This document shows positions 18,371 through 28,340 of a DNA stretch of 64,000 nt, one piece after another. Numbering within the stretch: position 1 is the stretch's first letter; each line of letters opens with the position of its first letter. The stretch spans positions 1,568,001-1,632,000 of the forward strand of contig CAWDTA010000002.1 of NCBI GenBank assembly GCA_963805085.1, given 5' to 3'. A program made the position numbers and the translations under genes. Below the pieces are notes generated by a model. The model worked only from the letters and a program-made list of their open reading frames with translations, was not told the origin of the DNA and ran no database searches. The DNA comes from an uncultured Veillonellaceae bacterium. GTDB taxonomy: Bacteria > Bacillota > Negativicutes > JARBTT01.

Positions 18371-19474
18371 ATGATTGCACTACAAAAGACACCTCTATAT
18401 GAGACTCATCTGGAACATGGTGGTAAAATCGTTGAATTTGGCGGATGGTTACTTCCCGTACAATATACGGGAATTTTAGAAGAGCATCGAGCCGTTAGAG
18501 AAAAGGCGGGGCTATTTGATGTTTCGCATATGGGGGAGGTACTTGTCAAAGGCTCTGATGCGTTGGCATTTTTGCAAAATTTAGTAACAAATGATGTATC
18601 TCGCCTTACCAAACATAAAATACAATATACACCAATGTGCTATAAAGATGGTGGTGTCGTTGATGACCTGCTGATTTATAAGCAAGGCGAAGAGGAATAT
18701 TTATTAGTGATCAATGCGGCTAATATTGAAAAAGATTGGCAGTGGATGCAGGAAAACAAAGGAAATTTTCAGGTAAAACTAACCAACCTATCTGATCGAA
18801 CAGCGCAATTGGCGTTGCAAGGACCAATGGCCGAGAGTATTCTTAGCCATTTGACAGATACTAACCTAGAGGAATTAGAGTATTATTGGTTTTTGCCAAA
18901 AGTAATCGTAGCAGGTAAGGAGACTCTTATATCAAGAACTGGGTATACTGGTGAGGATGGTTTTGAAATTTACTGTCAGGCTGAGGATGCTACTCAGTTG
19001 TGGGATGCGATCATGACTGCGGGTAAATCTTATGGATTATTGCCAGCAGGTTTAGGTTGTAGAGATACCTTGCGCTTTGAAGCTTGCTTGCCATTATACG
19101 GGCATGAATTATCCAAGGATATTTCACCGATAGAAGCCGGGATTGGTATGTTTGTGAAGCTGGATAAAGGTGATTTTAACGGTCAGGCTGCTTTGGCAGA
19201 GCAAAAGAAAAATGGTGTAAAGCGCAAGATTGCCGGCTTTGTGGTGACTGGTCGAGGTATTGCTCGGGCTGAATATCCCGTAATGGCTGAAGGAAGGCGT
19301 ATCGGTACAGTAACCACGGGAACTTATGCACCAACTTTGGATAAGAATATTGGTCTTGCTTTGGTGGAAGCTGAATTTGCCAAGGTTGGGCAAGAATTTG
19401 CTATAGAAATTCGCGGTAAAAATGTAGCTGCTCAGGTAATTCCGAAGCCATTTTATAAAAGAGAGGGGAAATAA
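18371..19474 (+). CDS. gcvT: Glycine cleavage system T protein
   Basis: KTPLY, GLFDVSHMG, SRTGYTGEDGFE and GLGCRDTLRFEA motifs. True start is ATG 18371. Confidence 0.96.
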   Translation: MIALQKTPLYETHLEHGGKIVEFGGWLLPVQYTGILEEHRAVREKAGLFDVSHMGEVLVKGSDALAFLQNLVTNDVSRLTKHKIQYTPMCYKDGGVVDDLLIYKQGEEEYLLVINAANIEKDWQWMQENKGNFQVKLTNLSDRTAQLALQGPMAESILSHLTDTNLEELEYYWFLPKVIVAGKETLISRTGYTGEDGFEIYCQAEDATQLWDAIMTAGKSYGLLPAGLGCRDTLRFEACLPLYGHELSKDISPIEAGIGMFVKLDKGDFNGQAALAEQKKNGVKRKIAGFVVTGRGIARAEYPVMAEGRRIGTVTTGTYAPTLDKNIGLALVEAEFAKVGQEFAIEIRGKNVAAQVIPKPFYKREGK

Positions 19475-19476
19475 AT

Positions 19477-19866
19477 ATGAATATTCCAGCAGAATTAAAG
19501 TATTCACGTGACCATGAATGGGTAAAAATTGAGGGCAATCACGCAACAGTAGGTATTACGGATTATGCACAGTCTCAGCTTGGCGATGTAGTTTTTGTTG
19601 AAGTGCCTATTGCTGATACGAGTGTCGTTGTGGGAACGGGATTTTCCGTGGTAGAGTCAGTCAAAGCGGTATCTGATATTTATGCTCCAGTTGGCGGTAA
19701 AATTGTCAAAATAAATGATGCACTTACCGATACGCCGGAAATTATGAATGAGGACCCTTATGGCGAAGGGTGGATAGCAGTAATCAAAATAGCCGATCAA
19801 ACCGATTTAGATAACTTGCTTAGTAGTGATGAGTATGAAAAATTCATAACGGAGGAGGGGAATTAA
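19477..19866 (+). CDS. gcvH: Glycine cleavage system H protein
   Basis: HEW, GITDYAQ and lipoyl-lysine VESVKAVSD motifs. Confidence 0.96.
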   Translation: MNIPAELKYSRDHEWVKIEGNHATVGITDYAQSQLGDVVFVEVPIADTSVVVGTGFSVVESVKAVSDIYAPVGGKIVKINDALTDTPEIMNEDPYGEGWIAVIKIADQTDLDNLLSSDEYEKFITEEGN

Positions 19867-19867
19867 A

Positions 19868-21214
19868 ATGGCGTGGAGCTATTTACCTCATACCGATGAA
19901 GATCGACGCACTATGCTGGCGGCAATTGGTGTAGAAAGAATAGAAAAAATTTTTAGCGATATTCCTGATGAATTATTATTTAAAAGGCCACTCAATTTAC
20001 CACCTGCGATGTCTGAACCGGAGCTCGTAAACACAATGCAAAAGTTAGCTGGTAAGAATGCCAATCTGCAGGAGTATACCTGTTTTCTAGGGGCGGGAGC
20101 TTACGATCACTACATACCAAGTGTGGTTGACCATGTGATAGGGCGATCGGAGTTTTATACTGCATATACGCAATATCAACCAGAAATATCACAGGGATAT
20201 TTGCAAGCGTTATGGGAATATCAGAGCATGATTTGCCAGCTAACCGGGATGGAAGTTTCCAATGCTTCTATGTATGACGGTGGTACTGCCTTGGCTGAGG
20301 CAGCGATGATGGCTTGCGGTATTACGCGCCGCAGTGAAGTGCTGGTAGCGAGTACTGTACATCCTAATTATCGCGGGGTCATCAATACATATGGAATGGA
20401 TCGGGACTATAAAATAACAGAGTTAGGCTACGGCGATGGCACTGTCAATCAAGCAGAAATTACACAGCTCATGAGTAAAAATGTAGCGGCGATCATCCTC
20501 CAATCACCGAATTTCTTTGGCTGTATTGAAGATGTGAAAAAAATTGCTGAGATTGCTCATGCGCAGGGTGCACTCTTTATCGTTGCTGTTGATCCGATTT
20601 CCTTAGGAATTTTAGAAGCGCCGGGCGTGCTTGGTGCTGATATCGTAGTAGGCGAAGGCCAGCCGATGGGATTAGCGCCTGCTTTTGGCGGTCCTTATCT
20701 AGGTTTTTTTGCGACTAATGAAAAACTCATGCGTAAAATGCCGGGTCGTATTGTCGGGCAGACGGTAGACCATGAGGGCAATCGTGGTTTCGTGCTAACC
20801 TTGCAGGCACGGGAACAACATATTCGTAGGGAAAAGGCTACTTCCAATATCTGCTCGAATGAAGCTTTATGTGCCTTGACCGCGGCTGTCTATTTGAGTA
20901 CTGTCGGTAAAGTGGGCTTACAGCAAGTAGCGGGATTGTCCTTGCAAAAATCGCATTATGCTTGTAGTGAACTGACAAAATTGGCTGGCTTTAGCAGTGC
21001 TTTTGATGCAAGTTATTTTAAAGAGTTTGTGATCCGTTGTCCGAAACCTATAGCTGAAATCAATGCGGAATTATTACAGGAAAAAATAATTGGTGGGCTC
21101 GATCTTGGGCTGTATTATCCAGAACTTAAAAACTGTATGCTCTTGTGTGTAACGGAGAATAGAACACAGGACGACATTGATAAATTAGTTGAAAAATTGG
21201 GGGCGATGGGATGA
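19868..21214 (+). CDS. gcvPA: Glycine dehydrogenase subunit 1
   Basis: [18 protein letters not shown] and [15 protein letters not shown] motifs. Confidence 0.96.
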   Translation: MAWSYLPHTDEDRRTMLAAIGVERIEKIFSDIPDELLFKRPLNLPPAMSEPELVNTMQKLAGKNANLQEYTCFLGAGAYDHYIPSVVDHVIGRSEFYTAYTQYQPEISQGYLQALWEYQSMICQLTGMEVSNASMYDGGTALAEAAMMACGITRRSEVLVASTVHPNYRGVINTYGMDRDYKITELGYGDGTVNQAEITQLMSKNVAAIILQSPNFFGCIEDVKKIAEIAHAQGALFIVAVDPISLGILEAPGVLGADIVVGEGQPMGLAPAFGGPYLGFFATNEKLMRKMPGRIVGQTVDHEGNRGFVLTLQAREQHIRREKATSNICSNEALCALTAAVYLSTVGKVGLQQVAGLSLQKSHYACSELTKLAGFSSAFDASYFKEFVIRCPKPIAEINAELLQEKIIGGLDLGLYYPELKNCMLLCVTENRTQDDIDKLVEKLGAMG

Positions 21215-22662
21215 GAAAGACGAAAACCTTAATTTTTGAAATAGGCAAAGCAGGTCGCTGTGCGATAGATTTGCCAACTTGTGATGTACCAGAGCAACCG
21301 ATTGCCTCACTGATTCCCCAAGAATTTTTACGGAAAGATCCTGCGCCATTGCCAGAGGTTAGCCAGCTAGATTTAATGCGCCATTATACGCAGTTGTCCC
21401 AGCGAAACTTTGGCGTAGATTCAGGCTTTTATCCATTGGGTTCGTGTACGATGAAGTATAATCCCAAAGTAAATGAGGATGTTTGCCGTTATCCCGGATT
21501 TTCTTTGGTGCATCCCCTGCAACAGCCGGAAACTGCACAGGGGGCACTAGAACTACTCTATGATATGCAGCAGTATCTTGCGGAGATCGCTGGCATGGAT
21601 GCGGTGACGATGCAGCCAGTTGCTGGTGCGCATGGTGAATTGACAGGGCTCAAACTGATTCGTGCGTATCATCGACACAGAGGGGAAGCGAGAACGAAGG
21701 TAATCGTTCCAGATTCCGCGCATGGTACCAATCCTGCTTCGGCTACCGTATGTGGACTTGAAATCGTGGAAATAAAATCGAATGAAGATGGATCGATCAA
21801 TCTAGATGCACTCCGCGCGGCAGTTGGAAAAGATACGGCGGCACTCATGTTGACGAACCCTAGCACCTTGGGATTATTTGAGACGAATATTGAAGAAATT
21901 GCCAGTATCGTTCATGAAGCTGGGGGCCTGTTATATTATGATGGAGCGAACGCCAATGCGATTATGGGTATCGTTAGACCTGGTGATATGGGCTTTGATG
22001 TCGTGCATTTTAATCTACATAAGACCTTTGGTACACCACATGGCGGCGGTGGCCCAGGCGCCGGTGCTGTTGGTGTAAAGAGCAGTCTTGTACCATTTTT
22101 GCCGACGCCGGTCATCACCTTTGATGGCAGTAAGTATGATCTGGATCATCATCGTCCAGAATCTATTGGCAAGGTGCATTCTTTTTATGGTAATTTTGGT
22201 GTGATTGTTCGTGGTTATGCTTATATCCGTGCCTTGGGACCAGATGGATTGCGTCAAGCAAGTGAGGATGCAGTAATGAACGCGAATTACTGCTTGAGTC
22301 AATTGAAAGAGCATTATCATGCACCGTTTGATCGTTTCTGTATGCATGAATGTATCTTAAACTCCAAGAAACAAGCTCAATATGGGATTCACACCTTGGA
22401 TATTGCGAAGCGTCTGCTAGATTATGGCTACCATCCACCAACGATTTATTTTCCAATGATTGTAGAAGAAGCGCTGATGATTGAGCCAACCGATACCGAA
22501 AGCAAAGAAACCTTAGATGCTTTTATCGACGTAATGATTAAAATTGCAAAAGAAGCTGAGTCGGATGCAACGCAGATCAAGAGTGCACCACATACGACGG
22601 TCGTTGGTCGTTTGGATGAAACTTTAGCGGCTCGTAAACCGGTGGTAAGATGGCAGACGTGA
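21211..22662 (+). CDS. gcvPB: Glycine dehydrogenase subunit 2
   Basis: [18 protein letters not shown] and [16 protein letters not shown] motifs. Confidence 0.96.
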   Translation: MRKTKTLIFEIGKAGRCAIDLPTCDVPEQPIASLIPQEFLRKDPAPLPEVSQLDLMRHYTQLSQRNFGVDSGFYPLGSCTMKYNPKVNEDVCRYPGFSLVHPLQQPETAQGALELLYDMQQYLAEIAGMDAVTMQPVAGAHGELTGLKLIRAYHRHRGEARTKVIVPDSAHGTNPASATVCGLEIVEIKSNEDGSINLDALRAAVGKDTAALMLTNPSTLGLFETNIEEIASIVHEAGGLLYYDGANANAIMGIVRPGDMGFDVVHFNLHKTFGTPHGGGGPGAGAVGVKSSLVPFLPTPVITFDGSKYDLDHHRPESIGKVHSFYGNFGVIVRGYAYIRALGPDGLRQASEDAVMNANYCLSQLKEHYHAPFDRFCMHECILNSKKQAQYGIHTLDIAKRLLDYGYHPPTIYFPMIVEEALMIEPTDTESKETLDAFIDVMIKIAKEAESDATQIKSAPHTTVVGRLDETLAARKPVVRWQT

Positions 22663-23450
22663 TTTGTTTTACCTATCCCAATCAAACCAAATCGGTCAGT
22701 GTTACAGCTGCGCATTGCGAGCAAGATTGTGCGCATTGCGGTGGTCATTATCTAAAACATATGTTGCCAATTTCAGCGATTGAGGCGAGCAGTGCCACTA
22801 GTTTTTTAATTAGTGGTGGCTGTGAAGCCGATGGCAAGGTTCCGATTGGAGAGCATATTGCAGAGCTGAAAGAGCTAAAGAAGGGCAGACGTTACAATCT
22901 CCATGTAGGCTTGATTGATAAAGAGGAAATCGCGAAGATCGCGGAGATTGCCGACTGTGTTTCTTTTGATTTTGTTGGTGCTGATGAAACGATTCGTGAA
23001 GTATTTGGTATCGAACGGACAGTACAGGATTATATCAATTGTTATCAAGCGCTACGTCAGCAGGTGAAAGTGATGCCGCATATCTGCATCGGACTGCATG
23101 GTGGTGAACTTAGGGGCGAATATAAAGCCATCGAACTTTTGCAAGAATTAGGTGTAGATGGCTTAACTTTTATTATTTTTACGCCAACGCGAGGAACTCG
23201 TTATGCAGAATGTTCGCCGCCAAAGATGGAAGAAGTAGTAGAACTATTAAAGTGGGCGCGGCAGACTTGTCCGTCTATACCAATTCACTTAGGTTGTATG
23301 CGACCCGGGGGACGCTATCGCAGTGAGATTGATCAATGGGCAGTTAAAATCGGAGTTGATACGATTGTGAATCCTACGCCTAAAGCAGTGGAGCTAGCAA
23401 AAGAAATGGGCATGTCTATTCAGCGGAGTGAGGAGTGCTGTGTATTATGA
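22650..23450 (+). CDS. lipS1: Radical SAM lipoyl synthase subunit, LipS1 type
   Basis: [18 protein letters not shown] and C-terminal CC, matching the GC(M/A)R and CC motifs recalled for LipS1. Sits in the gcv/lipoylation operon. Confidence 0.78.
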   Translation: MADVICFTYPNQTKSVSVTAAHCEQDCAHCGGHYLKHMLPISAIEASSATSFLISGGCEADGKVPIGEHIAELKELKKGRRYNLHVGLIDKEEIAKIAEIADCVSFDFVGADETIREVFGIERTVQDYINCYQALRQQVKVMPHICIGLHGGELRGEYKAIELLQELGVDGLTFIIFTPTRGTRYAECSPPKMEEVVELLKWARQTCPSIPIHLGCMRPGGRYRSEIDQWAVKIGVDTIVNPTPKAVELAKEMGMSIQRSEECCVL

Positions 23451-24433
23451 ACCTTTGGAAACTTTCTGCAGGTACAGCTTGCGTGATTGGCAAAAAGAAA
23501 ATCAAAGCAAATGATCTGCCAACAACTGCCTATATCATGCTCGGAGAAAAGTGTAAAAATAACTGTCAATTTTGTGCGCAATCGCGAGAAAGTAGTGCTC
23601 GGACAGATCTGCTTTCACGGGTGACTTGGCCAATTATTGATAGCGAAGAAGCCGTACATGGCATTGATAATGCATATGAAGCAGGAACCATAAAACGAGC
23701 CTGTTTGCAGGTCGTAGATAACCCAGATAGTTGGGATACTACGGTGAGTGCCTTAGATTTATTACATAACAGCAGTAAAGTGCCGATTTGTGTTTCTAGT
23801 CATTTAGAAACGGTAGAAGAGGCAAAAAAACTGGTGGCAAGAGGTGCGCAGCGAGTTTGTATTGCACTAGATGCCGTTACCCCAGACTTATATGCAAAGG
23901 TAAAAAACGGTGATTGGGCTACTAAGTGGAATCTGCTACTAGCATGTGCAAAAAACTTGCCGGGACGTATCACTACGCATCTCATCGTCGGCTTAGGCGA
24001 AAGCGAAGAAGAGATGGTAGAGCGGATGGCAAGCTGCATTGACAAAGGGATCAGCATTGGTTTATTTGCTTTTACGCCTGTGCGCGGTACTGCTTTGGCA
24101 GATAAATTACCGCCATCAATTGGTCAATATCGGCGTATTCAGATTGCACATCGTTTGCTTCAACGTGGCTATCAGCAAGAGGTTATTGGTTATGAAAATA
24201 GCTGTATTGACGAGTTTAAAGTACCAGAAGTAGAACTTTTATCTATATTGATGGATGGCAAAGCTTTTCAAACAAGTGGCTGTGCGGATTGCAATCGTCC
24301 TTATTATAATGAACGTCCCGGTGGCATTATTTATAATTATCCTCGTCCTCTTACTCCTATTGAAGTTACCAAGGCGATTGAAGAGTGCGGGATCGTGAGG
24401 AGAGAGTCTTATGAACTGGCGAGTTATTCATAG
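23447..24433 (+). CDS. lipS2: Radical SAM lipoyl synthase subunit, LipS2 type
   Basis: CKNNCQFC, LSRVTWP and TSGCADCNRP, a variant of the TxGCPxC(N/D)RP LipS2 motif. ATGA overlap with the previous gene. Confidence 0.8.
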   Translation: MNLWKLSAGTACVIGKKKIKANDLPTTAYIMLGEKCKNNCQFCAQSRESSARTDLLSRVTWPIIDSEEAVHGIDNAYEAGTIKRACLQVVDNPDSWDTTVSALDLLHNSSKVPICVSSHLETVEEAKKLVARGAQRVCIALDAVTPDLYAKVKNGDWATKWNLLLACAKNLPGRITTHLIVGLGESEEEMVERMASCIDKGISIGLFAFTPVRGTALADKLPPSIGQYRRIQIAHRLLQRGYQQEVIGYENSCIDEFKVPEVELLSILMDGKAFQTSGCADCNRPYYNERPGGIIYNYPRPLTPIEVTKAIEECGIVRRESYELASYS

Positions 24434-25235
24434 TGGAATTGCGAATGCTATAGCAAATATGGCAATTGATGAAGCCATATTACTGTCACACAGTGCAGGG
24501 AAAGTTCCCCCGACACTCAGATTCTATGGGTGGAAGCCAGCCGCAGTTAGTTTAGGCTATTTTCAACGATCTAGGTCTGAAATAGATTTAGATCAATGTA
24601 AAGAACAGCAAATTGATGTAGTGCGAAGATTAACTGGTGGCAGAGCAGTATTGCATGATGCCGAGCTAACCTATAGCATCGTAGTTCGGGAAGATGATCC
24701 GCAGATTCCGCGAACCATCACGGCATCTTATTGTTATTTCAGTAAGGGACTCTTAGCAGGTCTTGAAAAACTGGGTATCAATGCGGAAATGACTGTACCG
24801 CTCGCGGCGTATGGACAGAAAAAAAAGCAACCTGCGTCAGCGGCTTGCTTTGATGCACCTTCTCATTATGAACTTACCGTAGCGGGGCGAAAGTTAGTAG
24901 GAAGTGCCCAAGTGCGCAAAAATGGCGTTATCTTACAGCATGGATCATTGCTTCTTCGATTTTCCGCTGAGCAGTTCGTAGACTTATTGCGAATGCAATC
25001 AGAAGAAAAACGGGAGCAAACGATTCACATGTTAAAGAGCAGGGCAACTTCCCTTGAAGAAGTGCTAGGAAGATCAGTTACCTGGGAGGAAGTGTATCGT
25101 CCTATGCCAGAAGCGTTTGCGTCTGCGCTAGGAATTCAGCTAGAGCAGGGAGAGCTTACCGCGGAAGAACAGGCGATAAGTAATGAACTTGCCGCCACAA
25201 AATACAGTCAGGATTCTTGGAATATACTGCGCTAA
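24411..25235 (+). CDS. Lipoate-protein ligase / LipM-like octanoyltransferase
   Basis: NMAIDEA, RRLTGGRAVLH, ACFD, KLVGSAQ and QHGS motifs. Single catalytic domain. Confidence 0.9.
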   Translation: MNWRVIHSGIANAIANMAIDEAILLSHSAGKVPPTLRFYGWKPAAVSLGYFQRSRSEIDLDQCKEQQIDVVRRLTGGRAVLHDAELTYSIVVREDDPQIPRTITASYCYFSKGLLAGLEKLGINAEMTVPLAAYGQKKKQPASAACFDAPSHYELTVAGRKLVGSAQVRKNGVILQHGSLLLRFSAEQFVDLLRMQSEEKREQTIHMLKSRATSLEEVLGRSVTWEEVYRPMPEAFASALGIQLEQGELTAEEQAISNELAATKYSQDSWNILR

Positions 25236-25276
25236 TACGATTCATAGCAAATAGCGAAACCGAGGGAGGGGAAAAT

Positions 25277-26677
25277 ATGCAATATGATGTAGCAGTGATT
25301 GGTGGCGGCCCCGGTGGCTATGTTGCTGCCATACGAGCCGCTCAATTAGGTGGAAAGGTTTTATTAGTCGAAAAAGATAAATTGGGTGGAGTGTGTCTAA
25401 ACCGTGGTTGCATACCAACGAAGACGTTATTAAAGAGTGCGGAAAAATGGCAGGAGCTTAAAAAGTGTACTGAATTTGGTTTACAGGCGGATAATATAGG
25501 CTTTAACTTTGATGCGATTATGGAACGGAAAAATCAAGTGGTCAGCAAATTGCGGGGTGGGGTTGAGCAGTTGGTTAAAAGCAACGCGATAGAATTGATA
25601 TATGGGACGGCGATGCTAGAGGATGCGCATCATTTGAGTGTTGAGGAAGATGATGGGCAAATCAGCTATGAAGCAAAAAACATTATTATTGCTACAGGAT
25701 CTGTGCCGATGAGTCTACCCATACCAGGGCGGGAATTATCTGACGTCATTGACAGCAATCAGCTACTAGAAATGACTGAGGTACCACGCAGTATGATTGT
25801 AATCGGCGGCGGTGCTGTAGGTATAGAATTTGCTGCTATTTTTCAATCCTTTGGTTGCGAAGTTACTGTAGTAGAGATGCTCCCAACGATTTTACCGAAT
25901 GTCGATAGTGACTTAGTAAAACGAGTAGGTATTCCGATACGTAAACAGGGCATTAAAATGCTGACCAAGACAAAAGTAACGAGTATCGAAGAGAGTGCTG
26001 ACGGTGTTAAAGTTTTCCTTGATAATGGCAAGGGACTCCAAGTGCTTGCTGTAGAAAAAGTATTAATAGCAACTGGACGAAAACCTGTAGTAGAGGGACT
26101 TGGTCTTGAAACCGCAGGAGTCGAGTATAGCAAGCGCGGTATCAAAGCGAATGAAAAAATGGAGACCAATATAGCAGGCATTTATGCCATCGGTGATACA
26201 ACTGGACAAGAAATGTGGGCACACGCCGCTTCAGCAGAAGGCATGGTTGCCGCCGAAAACGCAATGGGCGGAAATACTACCATGGATTACAGCGCAGTGC
26301 CGGGCTGTATATTTACTTCGCCAGAAATAGCGATGGTTGGAATTACGGAGCAAGCGGCTGAGGAGCAAAACATAGCGATAAAGGTTAGCAAATTTAACTT
26401 CGCCAGCAATGGCAAGGCTGTTTCGATGGGTGAAACAGATGGACTAGTGAAAATCATCACCAACGCCAATAATGACAAGATCATAGGCATGCACATCCTC
26501 GGCGCCCACGCCAGTGACCTCATCATGGAAGGCGCAATCGCCATTCGTAATGGCCTAAAGGCAGAAGATATCGCGAAAACGATTCATCCCCATCCAAGTC
26601 TATCCGAGACAGTAATGGAAAGCGCCCATGGGATAGATGGGGATATGATTCATCAGGTGTTGTTGAAGGGACGGTAG
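25277..26677 (+). CDS. lpdA: Dihydrolipoamide dehydrogenase (GCS L protein)
   Basis: GGGPGG, GGVCLNRGCIPTK and HPHPSLSE motifs. Start at ATG 25277 behind GGAGG. Confidence 0.95.
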   Translation: MQYDVAVIGGGPGGYVAAIRAAQLGGKVLLVEKDKLGGVCLNRGCIPTKTLLKSAEKWQELKKCTEFGLQADNIGFNFDAIMERKNQVVSKLRGGVEQLVKSNAIELIYGTAMLEDAHHLSVEEDDGQISYEAKNIIIATGSVPMSLPIPGRELSDVIDSNQLLEMTEVPRSMIVIGGGAVGIEFAAIFQSFGCEVTVVEMLPTILPNVDSDLVKRVGIPIRKQGIKMLTKTKVTSIEESADGVKVFLDNGKGLQVLAVEKVLIATGRKPVVEGLGLETAGVEYSKRGIKANEKMETNIAGIYAIGDTTGQEMWAHAASAEGMVAAENAMGGNTTMDYSAVPGCIFTSPEIAMVGITEQAAEEQNIAIKVSKFNFASNGKAVSMGETDGLVKIITNANNDKIIGMHILGAHASDLIMEGAIAIRNGLKAEDIAKTIHPHPSLSETVMESAHGIDGDMIHQVLLKGR

Positions 26678-26716
26678 TAGTAGGTTCATCAATCAATTTA
26701 ATATGCAATGACTTTT

Positions 26717-26741
26717 AACCCGCGAATTTCGCGGGTTTTTA
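26717..26741 (+). terminator. Intrinsic terminator of the gcv operon
   Basis: AACCCGCGA-att-TCGCGGGTT followed by a T run. Confidence 0.8.
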
Positions 26742-27029
26742 CTTTGTTGTTTTGAAAGAATTCGGGGAGTTTAATCAGTGAAAGCAAAATTTAGCGGATG
26801 GCGTATTTCTGAGATTATTATTTCGTCAAGATTGTCTATGTATAATGTATTAATTTGCAGGAATTTGTATTGTTTAAATGGAATTTTACAAATTAAGAAT
26901 TAAATGTAAAATTTAATTGCTTTAATTGAAAGGACGGAAAATATGTATTTTAAGTTGATTAGAATAGTTTTTGTTGTAGTAATGTTTATAATGGGAACCA
27001 TTTGCGGAGATCAAACTGCATTTGCCTAA

Positions 27030-27054
27030 TGTCACGGGGACGGGGTTACTGACA
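27030..27054 (+). repeat. Left REP-like element flanking the RAYT
   Basis: TGTCA-CGGGGACGGGGTTAC-TGACA; 23/25 identical to the reverse complement of 27869-27893. Confidence 0.8.
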
Positions 27055-27095
27055 ACGTTTTTGCTGTGAAATAAGATCAACTGGGGGTGTAATGC

Positions 27096-27863
27096 ATGGC
27101 GAGAAAGGCTAGAGAGAAAAGCGAAAGTGAAATTTATCATATAATTATGAGGGGAATAAACCGACAGACGATTTTTGAGGATGAAGAGGATTGTACCCAA
27201 TTTCTTCAAACGCTCCAGAGATACAAAGAAAAAAGCGGATACCAAATTTATGCCTATTGTTTGATGGGAAATCATGTGCACCTGCTGTTGAAAATTGGAC
27301 TAGAACCATTAGAACAAGTGATGCGGCGGCTATGTGGCAGCTATGTATATTGGTATAATAGTAAGTATCAGAGAGTAGGCAATCTATTTCAGGATCGATT
27401 TAAAAGCGAACCAGTAAAAGACGATGAATATTTTCAAATTGTGCAAAGATATATACATCAAAATCCAGTAAAAGCAGGGATGGTAAAACATGCGGAAGAA
27501 TATAAATGGAGCAGCTTTTATGAATATGTAAATAAGGCAGATTTGGTAGATGTAAATTTCTCTCTTGGAATGATAAGCAATGATAGAGGAAAGGCAATAC
27601 AGACTTTCATGCAATATACCAATGAAGTGAATGATCATGCATGTATAGATATAGATAACGAAACCAAACTGCGAATTACAGACGAAGAAGCAAGGGCTAT
27701 AATAAAAACAGAATGTAGAGTAAAGAACGTAAAAGATTTACAGAATCTTGATGCAATAACAAGAAATGAATACTTAAGAAAGCTAAAAAGTAAATATAAC
27801 TTATCAATTCGACAAATTGAAAGAATTACGGGTATTAACAGAGGTATTGTTTTAAAAGCATGA
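27096..27863 (+). mobile_element. REP-associated tyrosine transposase (Y1 HUH, RAYT-like)
   Basis: YHIIMRG, YCLMGNHVHLL (HUH), LFQDRFKS, YIHQNPVKAG and YKWSS motifs plus a C-terminal HTH. Confidence 0.88.
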
Positions 27864-27868
27864 AGCGA

Positions 27869-27893
27869 TGTCAATAACCCCGTCCCCTTGACA
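27869..27893 (-). repeat. Right REP-like element flanking the RAYT (inverted)
   Basis: Minus strand reads TGTCA-AGGGGACGGGGTTAT-TGACA. Confidence 0.8.
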
Positions 27894-27965
27894 CAATTAA
27901 TGACTATCAATGGAGAAGGACGCCGCTGAAAGATGAGGATAGGCAGTAACTTTACTTAAACGAAA

Positions 27966-28316
27966 ATGGAGGATAAGCATATTAAACTATTATTTATATG
28001 CAGTAAAAATAGATGGCGAAGCTTGACAGCGGAAAAAGTGTTTCAGGGTATTAATGGTTATGAAGTGAAGTCGGCAGGGACAGAGGAAAAAGCCCGTATT
28101 AAAGTAACGGGCGGACATATCGGCTGGGCAGATTTAATTTTTGTAATGGAAAAGAAACATGTAAGAAGGTTACAAGAGAAATTCAGGGATAGTCTTGATA
28201 ATAAGAAAATTGTGTGTCTTAATATCCCTGATGATTATCAATTTATGGATCGTGAATTAATTGAAATTCTGATATCTACAGTTTCAGAATATATTGAATT
28301 ACCGATAACGATTTAG
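27966..28316 (+). CDS. Low-molecular-weight protein tyrosine phosphatase family protein
   Basis: FICSKNRWRS P-loop, SAGT, WADLIFVME and IPDDY motifs. Confidence 0.85.
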   Translation: MEDKHIKLLFICSKNRWRSLTAEKVFQGINGYEVKSAGTEEKARIKVTGGHIGWADLIFVMEKKHVRRLQEKFRDSLDNKKIVCLNIPDDYQFMDRELIEILISTVSEYIELPITI

Positions 28317-28340
28317 CTCATAGGGGGACAGTAACCTGTC

